From contig NC_068990.1 of NCBI RefSeq assembly GCF_001194135.2, positions 495,379 through 559,378 of the forward strand: a stretch of DNA of 64,000 bases, given 5' to 3'. The stretch is from Octopus bimaculoides (taxonomy: Eukaryota). The notes under the pieces are model-generated. The model saw only the letters and a program-made list of their open reading frames with translations. It made no database searches and had not been told where the DNA came from. The translations under genes and the position numbers were made by a program. Of the stretch, positions 1 through 11,597 are shown piece after piece. Positions within the stretch are counted from its first letter, which is position 1. Every line of letters starts with the position of its first letter.

Positions 1-344
1 GAGTGAGCAGAGGGGAGCAAGTGAGACAGCCAGTGACCAAGAGACAGACAAACAGATGTAAGACAGACAACAGAAGCTACTGAGATAAATAATGAAAGAA
101 AAAGAAGGCAAAAACTGTAAAAGAGATCTAATACCCGTCCAGCCTAGCCCATTAGGGAAAACAGACAAAACGATGATAATGATGTTTTCTTAATGACTAA
201 GAACAAATGAAGGAAGGACTCAGTATATGATGTAAATAACTGCTTAGATTATCATCTAAAAATGATGCATCAAGTTATGTCCCATAACATTAGAAATAGA
301 CATCCATAGAACAAGTACCAGTGTGCAATATATATTGAGGGTTT

Positions 345-640
345 ATAGGGCAGGGGGTAAGGGTAAAGACTCCCTTCAGTCATAAATGACTATGGGAATG
401 CACCTAGAAAATTACCCTCCAAAGTACAAGTCTGGGCAAGGTTATTTATAGAAGACAAGCCCCCCCCCCTTCTCCATGCCACTGAGGCTGTCCAAGGCAA
501 AGGCTGATACAGCTTGACACCAGTGCTGTTGCAACTCATTTCTGAGTGAACAGGAGCAATGCAAAATAAAGTGTCTTGCTCAAGAACACAACACACAGCC
601 CTGTGCCCAATGCTCTAACCACTGAGTCATGCACCTTCAC
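345..640 (-). mobile_element. tRNA-headed SINE (family D); further fragments at ~16985-17300 and ~49140-49242
   Basis: Minus strand begins GTGAAGGTGCATGACTCAGTGGTTAGAGCA (A-box-like) followed by TTGTGTTCTTGAGCAAGACACTTTA; the same segment recurs at 49140-49242. Confidence 0.7.
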
Positions 641-774
641 ACTGGGGGTTAACAGGATTGGCTAAAACCTATAAAGGCAGTGCAGTAGCATGGCTACATC
701 CAGTGAAATCAATGTTATGCAATGACAATTTTATTTATTCCATAGATAACTGGTTAAATAGAAGAAAATAACAG

Positions 775-1017
775 GCCAATTGGGAGTTTCAATATGAAAC
801 CTTAATCATTGAAAAAGTTCAGACATTCACTGCCCTAGATCCCACTCTTTATACACCAGGTCTTCGGGAAGAAGAAAAAAACTGTTGTAAATGGACAGTC
901 ATGGTTGGACCGTCTGAGATCGAGATCGATGAACACGGACCAACTTGGAGTCAAACAAGCAACAGAGTACTCCCAGTTTGCTTCATCCTTCAAACAATGG
1001 GCAATCAATTCTTTTAA
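775..1017 (+). CDS. Candidate coding segment, unassigned (ANWEFQYETLIIEKVQ...VLPVCFILQTMGNQFF*)
   Basis: 81 stop-free codons after TAACAG|; more GC and CpG than the flanks; no strong donor and no recognisable homologue. Confidence 0.25.
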   Translation, partial: ANWEFQYETLIIEKVQTFTALDPTLYTPGLREEEKNCCKWTVMVGPSEIEIDEHGPTWSQTSNRVLPVCFILQTMGNQFF

Positions 1018-1290
1018 CATCGTAGAGAAGTAGAATTGGGAGTTGGGATCTATCTACACTCTCTGTCCTTTCTGGAAGTAATCAGAAATTAAAAATACTG
1101 AGTATTTTTAATCTTCTAAGGGCTTCATTTTTCGGTGTCTCTACAAATTCATTTCATATCATACTACATACTATCATAACAAATCATATTTCATTTGAGA
1201 CCAAACCTCAAAAACAGTCAAAAGTTATTTTGATACTATCTATAGTCATACAACCTTCTTCTTCACCCTTCATGTTACACTAACCTACAT

Positions 1291-1291
<1 letters not shown>

Positions 1292-1324
<33 letters not shown>
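1292..1324. repeat. (TATC)n microsatellite
   Basis: Direct reading of the tetranucleotide run. Confidence 0.95.
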
Positions 1325-1325
<1 letters not shown>

Positions 1326-1759
1326 GATACCATAGGTAGTAATTTGTTGGAATAAAACCATTTGGAACGCACTATGTTTATTATGAAAAATATGCTAAAA
1401 TATGATAAATCCTGAGCAACCATTCAACTATTTTCTTTTAGCTTCAGTATCAAAGTTTTCCTTCTAAGCATAGACAAAGCCCATACAAATATTCTTCAGC
1501 TATTGATTACAAACCGAAACATCGCATGTACATTAACCTGTTAATTTATGGTGCCTAAGACACAAACTCATTAGTTAGAGACCGTGTCATTAAAGTGACC
1601 ATGCATGCAGAATTGTGTCTGCATTTAAGAGCTGAGTTGTCCTCACAATGGTCACATGCTGTTTATGTGAAGGAGTCCACAATTTATTGATTTCAAACCG
1701 AAATATCGCATGGAAGCATGTTTTCAAGTGCTTCTTGCCAAGTCTTTTTTTTCATGTAG

Positions 1760-1872
1760 ATTTCTCTCGTGGTACTGTTGAGCATACTCACAGGCTTAAT
1801 TTATCACATAGGTGTAGTTCCTACGTCTGCTGATTGTTCAGCGTGGTAGCAGCAGCACCGACAGCACTCTCA
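1760..1872 (+). CDS. Candidate internal exon (possible 1-nt frameshift near 1816-1818, or alternative acceptor at 1817)
   Basis: Acceptor TCTTTTTTTTCATGTAG|, donor TCA|GTATGT; 5' frame DFSRGTVEHTHRLNLSHRC, 3' frame FLRLLIVQRGSSSTDSTL ending in phase 1. Confidence 0.4.
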
Positions 1873-2202
1873 GTATGTCCCCTGAGAGATTTTTGGTGTG
1901 TTCAAAAATCATACCCCAACCCCCGCCACTTTTCCATGACAAGGTTAGGGCCTAGAATCTTCCAAATAGACACATGACATGTCACTTAGTCAAATTATCC
2001 CATCATTTACTCCACAAATGTTTTGTTGTCAATGCTGCCCTTCCCTGTATCACGTTTCAACTTAACTGTACCATACATACAAACTAGGCCTTTTAAATCC
2101 TGAACAACACCTGGTATGTCAGCTAGTATATGTATATATGACAGGCTTCTTTCAGTTTCTATCACGTGTGTGTGTAAGTGTATATATATGTACATGTGCA
2201 AC

Positions 2203-2772
2203 AGAATGCTAGTGTGTTGAGAGAAAGGTTAGGCATAAAAGGAATTAAACGTAGTGCACAAGATAGAAGACTGTCCTGGTTTGGTCATATGATGTGGATG
2301 GATGCTGACAGCTCTGTAAAGAAGTGCAGATAACTCAAAGTAGATTGAATTTGTGGGAGGAGACCCTGGAAGACATAGGACGAAGTACAGAAGAATGATC
2401 TCAGGACATTGGCCCTTAAGGAGGAGATGACAAAGGACTGAGACCCATCCTCCACAGCAGAAGGTTCAATACCACTTCCCCTGCTGAAGAGGATTGGCCT
2501 ACAAGAGCCCTCTGCTGGTGCCACATACAAAGCACCCATGCCACTGACAAGTAAGTGCACCTGTGCCAGCAGCACATAAAAGTGCCCCATGCTGGTGTCA
2601 TGTAAAAATATCCAGCACACACTGTAAAGTGGTTGATGTTAGGAAGGCATCCAGCCATAGAAACCAAGCCAAAGCAGACTTGAACTTGGTGCAGTTCTCT
2701 GGTTTGTCAGCTCTGCTCAAACCGTCCAACCCATGCCAGCATGAAAAACAAACATTAAAGGATGATGATGAT
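2203..2772 (+). mobile_element. RTE-clade LINE 3' end (decayed ORF C-terminus, 3' UTR, (GAT)n tail)
   Basis: Frame WFGHMMWMDADSSVKKCR...PWKT.DEVQKNDLRTLALKEEMTKD, then TTAGGAAGGCATCCAGC and GATGATGATGAT. Confidence 0.8.
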
Positions 2773-3339
2773 TAATATATATTGTGTACCAAATCCACTC
2801 ACAATGCTTTGGTCAGCCCAGGGCTATAGTAAAAGACACAGGAAGCTTCTTTACCACACAGCCACATACATATTTGTAAAAGTAACAGTCTCTGATACTT
2901 CAGCTCTCTCAATTTATAAAAATCTTTTAACTTTGTAAAAAGTACAATAAAACTTCCTAAAATTTCAATGAGAGAAATGTAGGCAACGGAATGGAGACCA
3001 ACATAATGGGAAAAGGCAAAGAAAGAGGGAGAAATAATAAAAAAAAAAAGCACTAAACAGATCTCATTTCATAAACACCAATCTCAGTGAAAATTTCAAC
3101 ATGATACACATATTAATCATTTGCTGAAAAATAAATAAGTAGAACAATTTCTAAATAAAAAAAAGAGCAGAGTCAATATCACAACCATTCCAAAGAAGTT
3201 AAGATCAGCATAATGAACATGTTTTCCTTCTAGATTCATTTTGGGTGTGGTTAAATATTTTACAAATGTCTGGGGTGAAGTTTAATCTGTTGCTAGGTTT
3301 AATACCACCCCCAACACCCCTGGTCCTCCATGCTTTCAG

Positions 3340-3447
3340 TTGGGTCTACTCTGATCAGCATTCAACCTGAAGATTCTTTCTTTCTCGCTGACCATCAAGT
3401 CTCAAGGACATTTAAACTGGACACGAGCACCATTCTTCCTCCTCTGA
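3340..3447 (+). CDS. Candidate symmetric phase-1 exon (GSTLISIQPEDSFFLADHQVSRTFKLDTSTILPPL)
   Basis: Acceptor CTCCATGCTTTCAG|, donor CTGA|GTGAGT, 108 bp, open reading frame. Confidence 0.5.
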
Positions 3448-3524
3448 GTGAGTCATTGCAAAAAAAAATAAAAATAAATAAATTTCAACAAGATTCTCTT
3501 CTCTCAATAGTAACAACAATGACC

Positions 3525-3700
3525 TACTAAAAATAGCAGCCAAATCTCCTTCAGATCAACTCACTATACAATCTTGAAATAAAAAGGATACACTGAACAA
3601 CATAGTCCCAGGTACACGATACTAGACAGAATGATCATAGCAAAAGAGCCTTTAACTGCAGGCTTGCTAAGTCAAGGCTGACCAGGGGTTAAACAACAAG
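3525..3700 (+). mobile_element. Interspersed repeat family C (AGAAATAGCAGCCAAATCT...GGGGTTAAACAAC); other fragments at ~6025, 31670, 34795, 40835, 55540(-), 58310(-)
   Basis: The motif (CTGCT)AGAAATA(A/G)CAGC(C/T)AAATCT recurs at these positions. Confidence 0.55.
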
Positions 3701-4022
3701 GAAGGGCACATTTCACAAGGCAGTCCAAGAAAACCATGTGGTCATGGTTGGAATGTCAGAGGATAAGTTTACTCAATCAGAGTTGCCCTGGGTTAAACAA
3801 CAACCTCTTGAGAAGATCTTTTCACTGAAGAATCTTGAACAGACTTCATTCCTTCTCCACAATTTTTCTTCTTCTCTGAAGGACATTGGTTGGATTATTA
3901 GTTGCACTGATCTTAACATTTTGGGAGGGTCTACAAAAGTCATGGCCACTGAACAAGTTCAAAGCGGTTTGATGGACACTGACATGACAGAAAATAAAAA
4001 TCTGTCTCCAAGAGTGTAAGCA

Positions 4023-4176
4023 TGGGTGTGTGGCAAAAAGTTTACTTCCCAACCACATGGCTCTGGGATTAGCCCCACTGTGTGGAATTTGGGGCAAGTG
4101 TCTTCTACTATAGCCTTGGTCTGGCCAAAGTCTGGTGAATGGATTTAGTAGTTGGAAACTGAAAGAAGCCTGTCAT

Positions 4177-4210
<34 letters not shown>

Positions 4211-4436
4211 CAATGTGCATGTGTCTGTGTTTGTTCCCCCACCACTGCTTGACAACCGGTGTTGGTGCGTTTGTGTCCCCATAACATAGTAGTTCAGCAA
4301 AAGAGATAGAATAAGTACTACTTATTAAAAAAAAAATAAAAGTAGTACTGGGGTCAATTCATTCGACAACAAAATTCAAGGCGATGCCCCAGCATGGCCA
4401 CAGTCTAGTGACTGAAATAAGTAAAAGACAAAAGAT
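4023..4436 (+). mobile_element. tRNA-derived SINE, family A (full length)
   Basis: Head TGTGTGG..AAG..T.CTTCCCAACCACATGG, GGGCAAGTGTCTTCTACTATAGCC, internal (TA/CA)n, tail GCATGGCCACAGTC..TGACTGAAA.AAGTAAAAGA. Confidence 0.9.
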
Positions 4437-4445
4437 AGATACTCG

Positions 4446-4815
4446 TTTACTTGTTTCAGTCATTTGACTGCGGCCATGCTAGAGCACTGCCTTTAGTCGA
4501 ACAAATCGACCCCAGGACTTATTTTTGTAAGCTTAGTATTTTTTTCTATCGGTCTCTTTTGCCAAACCGCTAAGTTACAGGGACGTAAACACACCAGTAT
4601 CGGTTGTCAAGTGATGTTGGGGGGGGGACAAACACACAAACATACATATATATATATATACACGACGGGCTTCTTTCAGTTTCCGTCTACCAAATCCACT
4701 CACAAGGCTTTGGTCGGCCCGACGCTATAGTAGAAGACACTTGCCCAAGGTGCCACGCAGTGGGACTGAACCCAGAACCATGTGGTTGGTAAGCAAGCTA
4801 CTTACCACACAGCCA
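4446..4815 (-). mobile_element. tRNA-derived SINE, family A (full length, little diverged)
   Basis: Reverse complement reads TGGCTGTGTGGTAAGTAGCTTGCTTACCAACCACATGGTTCTGGGTTCAGTCCCACTGCGTGGCACCTTGGGCAAGTGTC; A/B-box-like head plus CORE-like segment. Confidence 0.95.
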
Positions 4816-5123
4816 TTCATATATATATATATATATATACATACACACACACACACACATACATGTGTGTGTGTCCATGTTTGTCTCTCCTTGTCTTGAC
4901 ATTGCATGATAGTTGTAAATGAGTGTCACTGTCATACAAGCAGTGTCATTCATTTCCAATATTCTGCAAAAACATGTCTGGCCATGGGAGAAATATTAGC
5001 CTGCTTGGAAACAGGTGAGGGTTGGTGACAGGAAGGGCATCCAGCCATAGAAAGAAATCTGCCTCAACAAGGATTCGACAGGTCCTCCTCATCTGACATT
5101 AAAGTTTTTTGTTTTCACTGCAG

Positions 5124-5228
5124 CTTCCTTGGCAACCCCTACATCTGACTCTCTCTCTCACATGCATTCCTTTGACCCAGGGAGGCCGGGGCAAAAGAAA
5201 ACCTTTGATAAATGTGCAAGGACAACCA
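5124..5228 (+). CDS. Candidate symmetric phase-1 exon (SLATPTSDSLSHMHSFDPGRPGQKKTFDKCARTT)
   Basis: Strong acceptor TTTTTTGTTTTCACTGCAG|, weaker donor CCA|GTATAC, 105 bp, open in the same phase as the 3340-3447 exon. Confidence 0.45.
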
Positions 5229-5239
5229 GTATACCTTAT

Positions 5240-5515
5240 ATATATATATATATAAGGTATGTATCAATGTGTGTGTGCCTTTGTGCATTCATTCGTCGTC
5301 GCCCCCCCCCCACACACACACACACTGACTGACAACCAGTGTTGGTGTGTTAACGTCCCCGTAACTTAGCAGTTCAGCAAAAGAAACGATCGAATAAATA
5401 CCAGGCTTTACAAAAGAAAAAAAAAAAGAACTGAGGTTGATTCATTCGACTAAAATTCTTCAAGGTAGTGCCCCAGCATGGCCGCTGTCTTATGAATGAA
5501 ACAAGTAAAAGAATT
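5240..5515 (+). mobile_element. Family A SINE, 3' half; other partial copies at ~20670-20995, 23215-23355, 28085-28300, 34915-35095(-), 35970-36345(-), 36940-37125, 37525-37750(-), 40295-40790(-), 41925-42050(-), 45410-45565, 54325-54490(-), 54755-54920, 55685-56010, 60545-60810(-)
   Basis: Shared GACAACC.GTGTTGGTGTGTTTACGTCCCCGTAACTTAGC.GTTC.GCAAAAGA block and/or head block. Confidence 0.85.
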
Positions 5516-6680
5516 TTAAAAAAACAAACAAAAGAATTATTTTCGAAACTAATTGAAACAGCCTGGGTGTTTCATTAGAAATGATACAACGAAAGTGTCG
5601 AATCATCCATGGATGGGATTACCATTGTCTTACGTTTGACCACCAATCACAGGTCCACAGAGATTACTCACTCTTATTATAGGGACAGATGAATATCTTC
5701 CAATAAGTTGGGATAGCATTGCATTTCATATGTTAAGCATATTGTCCAAGGATGCAGTGGATTTGTTGACAGTCATTTCATAACTGCAACGTTGCCATGA
5801 CTACCACAACTCTTAGCTACCATGACTACTATAATGAAAGAGAGGAGAAGAAAATATATGGTCTGAGAATGGGATGGGATGGTCAAACTTGGAATGTCTT
5901 CAGTCATAAAGTCAGCTCAATAAGGTGAAAACTGGAGCTAATCCTTTCTATACCACCACCACAGACCCATCATCATTGTCACTGTGAACCAATGGGGAAG
6001 GTCTCTACATAGTCACTTGATATATTAGAAATAGCAGCCAAATCTCCCTTATATTTTTGCACTAAAGTCTTAAAAACAAAAGAAGTAAAAAAAGACATCG
6101 AATAATATTCACTAGGATACACTACATGAATCAGTTAAGGTGGTCATAGGTAGAATGTCTGATTATAAGTCAGCCCAGTCAGGACCGACGAGAGCAGGGG
6201 TTATCAATCCAATTTTTATTTTATATATAGACCTCTGTGATTGCTATTTTATTCTGGTCCATCCCCACCACCACTATAGTCACTCAATGTTGAAAACCTA
6301 GTTTCATAGAAATTCTTTTCTAAACGCCTATTTTGTTTTTCATGCATTAACTTGTGTAGATTGAATTGTGTGGAATGCTAGAGAAACCAAGCTGTTTCTT
6401 GCAATACATACATCTAAACCCTTTTTTTTTTCAGGGGTCCTGAAAATCCTATTGTGAATCCCCAACTTACTATTTTATTGAGTGGACCTCCAAAAATCTT
6501 ATATTGACCCTCAGGGGCCATATTGACCCCATTTGAGAACCACTAGAGGCTATGCAAGAAGTACACTTGGTCACCATAACAAGCTCTCCTCCACTAATAT
6601 TACCCTAATTTGCAGAAGCAATTTTATAGGAACGACATATTTGATAGCGTATCTAAAGATACATACATGTGATCACCAGG

Positions 6681-6730
<50 letters not shown>

Positions 6731-9382
6731 GTTCAATACAATGAAAAGCATGCGTATATGTAAATACATGAATGTCCCAACATGGACACAAATAAGATAG
6801 CTGAAACCAATAAGTGCATGAGCATGTTGTATTGTGTCGATGTCTATATAGTGTCTATTAGTGTTCTTTATCATACATTTAGATAATGCGTGTGTGTAAT
6901 ATGTGAACACGCACACGCACATAACTAACTACATTCTAAATAACAATTTCAAACATTCAGCTATTATTCACTTTCAAATTCCATGACATCACTCGACAGT
7001 AGACCACATCATGCAATACCACCATCAACAAGTCTGCCACTCCTACAACATCCGCGTCACACCACCACCACCTTCATTACCGTCATACCGAACAGAAAAA
7101 TGCTGAAAATATATAGCAGCATCACAGTGTTTACGGAGNNNNNNNNNNNNNNNNNNNNNNNNNNNNNNNNNNNNNNNNNNNNNNNNNNNNNNNNNNNNNN
7201 NNNNNNNNNNNNNNNNNNNNNNNNNNNNNNNNNNNNNNNNNNNNNNNNNNNNNNNNNNNNNNNNNNNNNNNNNNNNNNNNNNNNNNNNNNNNNNNNNNNN
7301 NNNNNNNNNNNNNNNNNNNNNNNNNNNNNNNNNNNNNNNNNNNNNNNNNNNNNNNNNNNNNNNNNNNNNNNNNNNNNNNNNNNNNNNNNNNNNNNNNNNN
7401 NNNNNNNNNNNNNNNNNNNNNNNNNNNNNNNNNNNNNNNNNNNNNNNNNNNNNNNNNNNNNNNNNNNNNNNNNNNNNNNNNNNNNNNNNNNNNNNNNNNN
7501 NNNNNNNNNNNNNNNNNNNNNNNNNNNNNNNNNNNNNNNNNNNNNNNNNNNNNNNNNNNNNNNNNNNNNNNNNNNNNNNNNNNNNNNNNNNNNNNNNNNN
7601 NNNNNNNNNNNNNNNNNNNNNNNNNNNNNNNNNNNNNNNGTGTGTGTGTGTGTGTGTGTGAGAGTAAGCAATCAGAATGATTCGCTCATGTGTATATTTC
7701 TCGTATGACAACAGACACTAAGGCAATCATGTTTCTTCCACTCTGCCTGGCAAGCAGGAATGAAAATAGTTGTTATAGTAACAGTAGCACCAACAGCAAT
7801 AGCAGACAAGTCGAGCTTTCAGGTGTAGTAGGGAGAACTGCATGGATGCAGATAGTGAAGGGAGTCGAGGTGGGCAAGCGAAAAGACTACGATCGGTTAG
7901 GATAGGAGACCTAGCCTATTTGGGTTAAGGTTACATAATAGCCGTGTAAAAGGGGCAGGCGTGACATTCGAGAGAAACTGAGTGTAAATTTCAATTTGCA
8001 TGTTTCATACACAGAATTTACACAATACAATAATAAAAAAAAAGAAAGAAACCTTTATCACTATGTCTACACAGACCCACACGGAGCAGTAATTGAGTTT
8101 CTGTCGATTTCAGTGATGAGTATCCCAGTCATTTGAACAACTGCACTACCTATTCATTGAAGTATTGAATAAGAAAATAACTGGCTGAATATTCCATAGA
8201 CAGGGAGTGTAGAAATCTTCAGGTAGAAACAACATGACCTTCTCAATTACTAGTAGCGCCCATCCAATGGACTTCCATACAGTTTTGTGTCTACTCAATA
8301 TAACCCACAAGAGAGAAGTCGAACCCTCAAAGTCCCATGGCTCTGGCCTAAGGTGCTGCTCCAAGAAAATATCCTTTGATTATCGAAACCTTATGAGTGA
8401 AATTTAGAAGACTGATGCTTTGCTCCTGTTTTCTAAAGTGATGGATTTAAATGTCATGGGGATGACATAAAATGGTCCTTGGGTACAGAACTCAGAGGAG
8501 GCCTGCCACTCAATATGCACCACAGAGGCATGATCCATGGAGTGGTCATGAAAACCAGTCCAACTGCTTGAGGGGTTAAGCAGGCTATATGCCTCAAAGG
8601 TAAGTGTGGGAGAACAAGAGACCAACAAAGTTAACTGTAGATAAACCATCAGAATGCAATGGGAAAGTGCTGCTATATCTTTCTCAAGAAAATTCCGGAA
8701 TCTGATGACTGATGCCTGAAGGCATGGGACATGAAGTGAGGGAAAGAATAGATTAATCATTGATTTAACACCTCCACCACCTGGCTCTTAGGTACCTTCA
8801 GAGAAGTTTGTTCAGTTGCAAGAATTTGAGCCAAATCACAAGTCTGAAGACAAATTCCTTTTCTTTCAACAGTTTTAAAGGATCCCCAGCTAATTAAATT
8901 ATGAACAAAAAAATGTTGTCATACATGTGTTGGGTAGTATTTTCTATTAATATACAACAAAAAAAACAACATATATATACTCAAATATACACATATACAT
9001 ATATGCTTAAACATAAAATGTTTTCACACACATAAATACATAGATAACATACAAACACACACATAATATACACATAACATACACACCTATACACACACAC
9101 AATATGAAATCGAATGAACTAAGCTAAAACAGAACACACGTTACTTCCTGAAGTGTCAAGCACTTTTATTTTGTCTTAAAAACCCTTCTTCTTACCAACA
9201 ACGAAACACACAAGAATATGAGTATACACACAAATATTAGCATACAGCTATCCACACATACATATACATGCAGCACACAATATACAATCTGAAGCAACTG
9301 TGCACACACATACACATATGGAATAGCTCTCGGTAACGAAAAGAAATATGACTTTGACACTACATTGTACTTTTAGACAAAA

Positions 9383-9385
<3 letters not shown>

Positions 9386-9470
<85 letters not shown>

Positions 9471-9525
9471 GTATGTGTGTGTGTGTATGTATGTATATAT
9501 ATGTGTGTATGTATGTATGTATGTA
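9386..9525. repeat. Long (TG)n/(TATG)n microsatellite; representative of dozens of TG, TA, GA and CGCA runs in the window
   Basis: Direct reading. Confidence 0.97.
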
Positions 9526-10311
9526 TCAATTACAGAATTTAATAGAGAAAGCCAAAGTCAAGTAAGACTGAACACTGGTCATGAATCTTTCTCGGCAGGC
9601 ATTATACAGGCAGAAGGAAACAAAAATGAACTGATGGAAAATAGCTGAAACTGAAAATTGAAACTGTCACAGAGAAAATGTATGCTAATAGATTAATTAC
9701 CCTCCTCCCCATGGTCTACAACACTCATTCCTGCCTGGATCTTAATATAGATGGCATCTGAATTATTGAATTTCTAAAGAAGTGTATTTTTCCCCTGCCA
9801 ACAAATAGATATTTCTGAATACATTTACTCAGTGAATTGTTTAACAAAGTTTGCTAAAGTCAGTTACAGATGTGGCTGTGTGGTTAAAAAGTCTGCTATG
9901 TAAATTATGTGCTTCCAGGGGTTCAATCCCACCTTGTATAGCATTTTGGGCAACTGTCTTCTAAAGCCTTATTATAAAAAAATTTCTTAACCTCTTAGTG
10001 TTCAGATCACTCTATAAATGTAATGCTTATTTATTCAAATTGTTTTGAATTTATTATGAATTATCTCTTAGCTTCAAGATTTTGATGGTGTGGTTAATTA
10101 CTTTTACAATGACATTCTAGGATAGGTGCAAGAGGCCAGATCTGGCCAGTCTGAATGAAAAACAGGTGAAATATTTGAGCTGGACACGTCCGGTTTAAAT
10201 GCTACAGGGTTAAATGAAAACTAGGGATAACTGTCAGGTAAGTTGTTTTTAGTTTACCATATTTTCTGGCATATATGTCAATTCTTCGTATATAGTGGAA
10301 ACATTCAAACA

Positions 10312-10600
10312 TCGTCATCATCCATCATTACCATCATTTGATGTCCATTGCCCATGCTGGCATGAGTTGGGCAGTTTGACCAGGGCTGGCAAGCTGGGAG
10401 GGGGGCTGCACCAGACTCCATTCTGATTTGGCATGGCTTCTACAGCTGGACACCCTTCCTAATGCCAACCACTTTACAGAGTGTGCTGGGTGTTTTTTAC
10501 ATGGCACCACATAGGTGCTGTTATGTGGCACCCCATGGATGTTTTCATGTGGTATCACACGGACACTTTTACATAACACCACATGTCTTTGTAAATCCTG
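10312..10600 (-). mobile_element. RTE 3'-tail family B fragment; others at ~14190-14320, 18300-18512, 22670-22860(-), 35095-35345, 40510-40620(-), 48290-48385(-), 50860-50970(-)
   Basis: (CAT)n start then CCATGCTGGCATG.GTTGG...CCCTTCCTAATGCCAACCAC, the reverse complement of the tail at 2600-2772. Confidence 0.85.
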
Positions 10601-10865
10601 CTGCATTTCACATGGATTCTGAGGTCTTGGTGTAAAAGTTGATCTAACTTTTATGGGCTGTAAATTTGGGTCTGAAAAATTCAACTTATATGCCAGAAAA
10701 TACAGTGGGATGTTTTTTTTTAGTCAAGCACACAGTTGCATGCAACTAGGAATAAGAACTACGTGGATTAAGGACCTGTCTTCCTTTTAACCAGTCTTGG
10801 AATTCCTTTCAGGTCCATCAAAACTGGCAGGAGCAAGGGAGGACCTTAATATGTGTGTGTGTGTT

Positions 10866-10914
<49 letters not shown>

Positions 10915-10920
<6 letters not shown>

Positions 10921-11063
10921 TGGCTGTGTGGTTTTGAAGTTCACTTTGCAACCACATTTTCAGGTTCAATCCTACTATGCGGCACTTTGCATAAGTGTCT
11001 TCTAGCTCTGGGTTAACTAAAGCCTAGTGACAGGATTTGGCAGAGAAACTGCAGGAAGTCCAT

Positions 11064-11104
<41 letters not shown>

Positions 11105-11385
11105 GCGCGCGTGCGCACACGTGAATGAGAAGAAATGTTGATATGCCATGCTTGTTTACCACTTGAATGAAATGGTGGTACGGTTTACATTCCTTGTTGA
11201 CAATGTGACCAGTTGCTCTTTGCTTTTGAAGACCCCTGTAATACACACAAAACAAAATCCTTCACATAATAATCCTTTTTACTATAAACAGAACCTGACA
11301 CTAGCAAAAGCATCCAGCTGTAAAATCCTGTCTCAAGTAAGTTCCTGTCCAAACCCATACTAGCATAGAAAAACAGATATTAAAT
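10915..11385 (+). mobile_element. Composite SINE: family A tRNA head joined to an RTE-type (family B) tail; similar composite at ~28850-29215
   Basis: GATGGCTGTGTGGTT...TTCAATCC head, then GCATCCAGCTGTAAAA...AACCCATACTAGCATAGAAAA tail. Confidence 0.6.
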
Positions 11386-11467
11386 GAACAAACCAATATA
11401 AAGGAGAGACTTAAGAAGTCAGAAACATGTAGAAACTAATTCAGAGTGTCATCTCTCATGTACTTAA

Positions 11468-11561
<94 letters not shown>

Positions 11562-11597
11562 ATATAGTTCAAATTTACAGAAAGCAAAATATGAAGA

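Noticed and set aside
983-1071. Minus-strand terminal exon (RTESVDRSQLPILLLYDVKRIDCPLFEG*)
   Set aside because: The acceptor is plausible, but no phase-compatible upstream minus-strand exon was found and it conflicts with the better plus-strand chain.
5562-5783. Selenocysteine or readthrough at the single TGA (5637-5639) in a 74-codon frame
   Set aside because: No SECIS or homology evidence; an acceptor at 5652 explains the downstream open part equally well.
8439-8599. Plus-strand exon ending at AAG|GTAAGT
   Set aside because: Stops occur in all three frames and the acceptor is weak (AAG).
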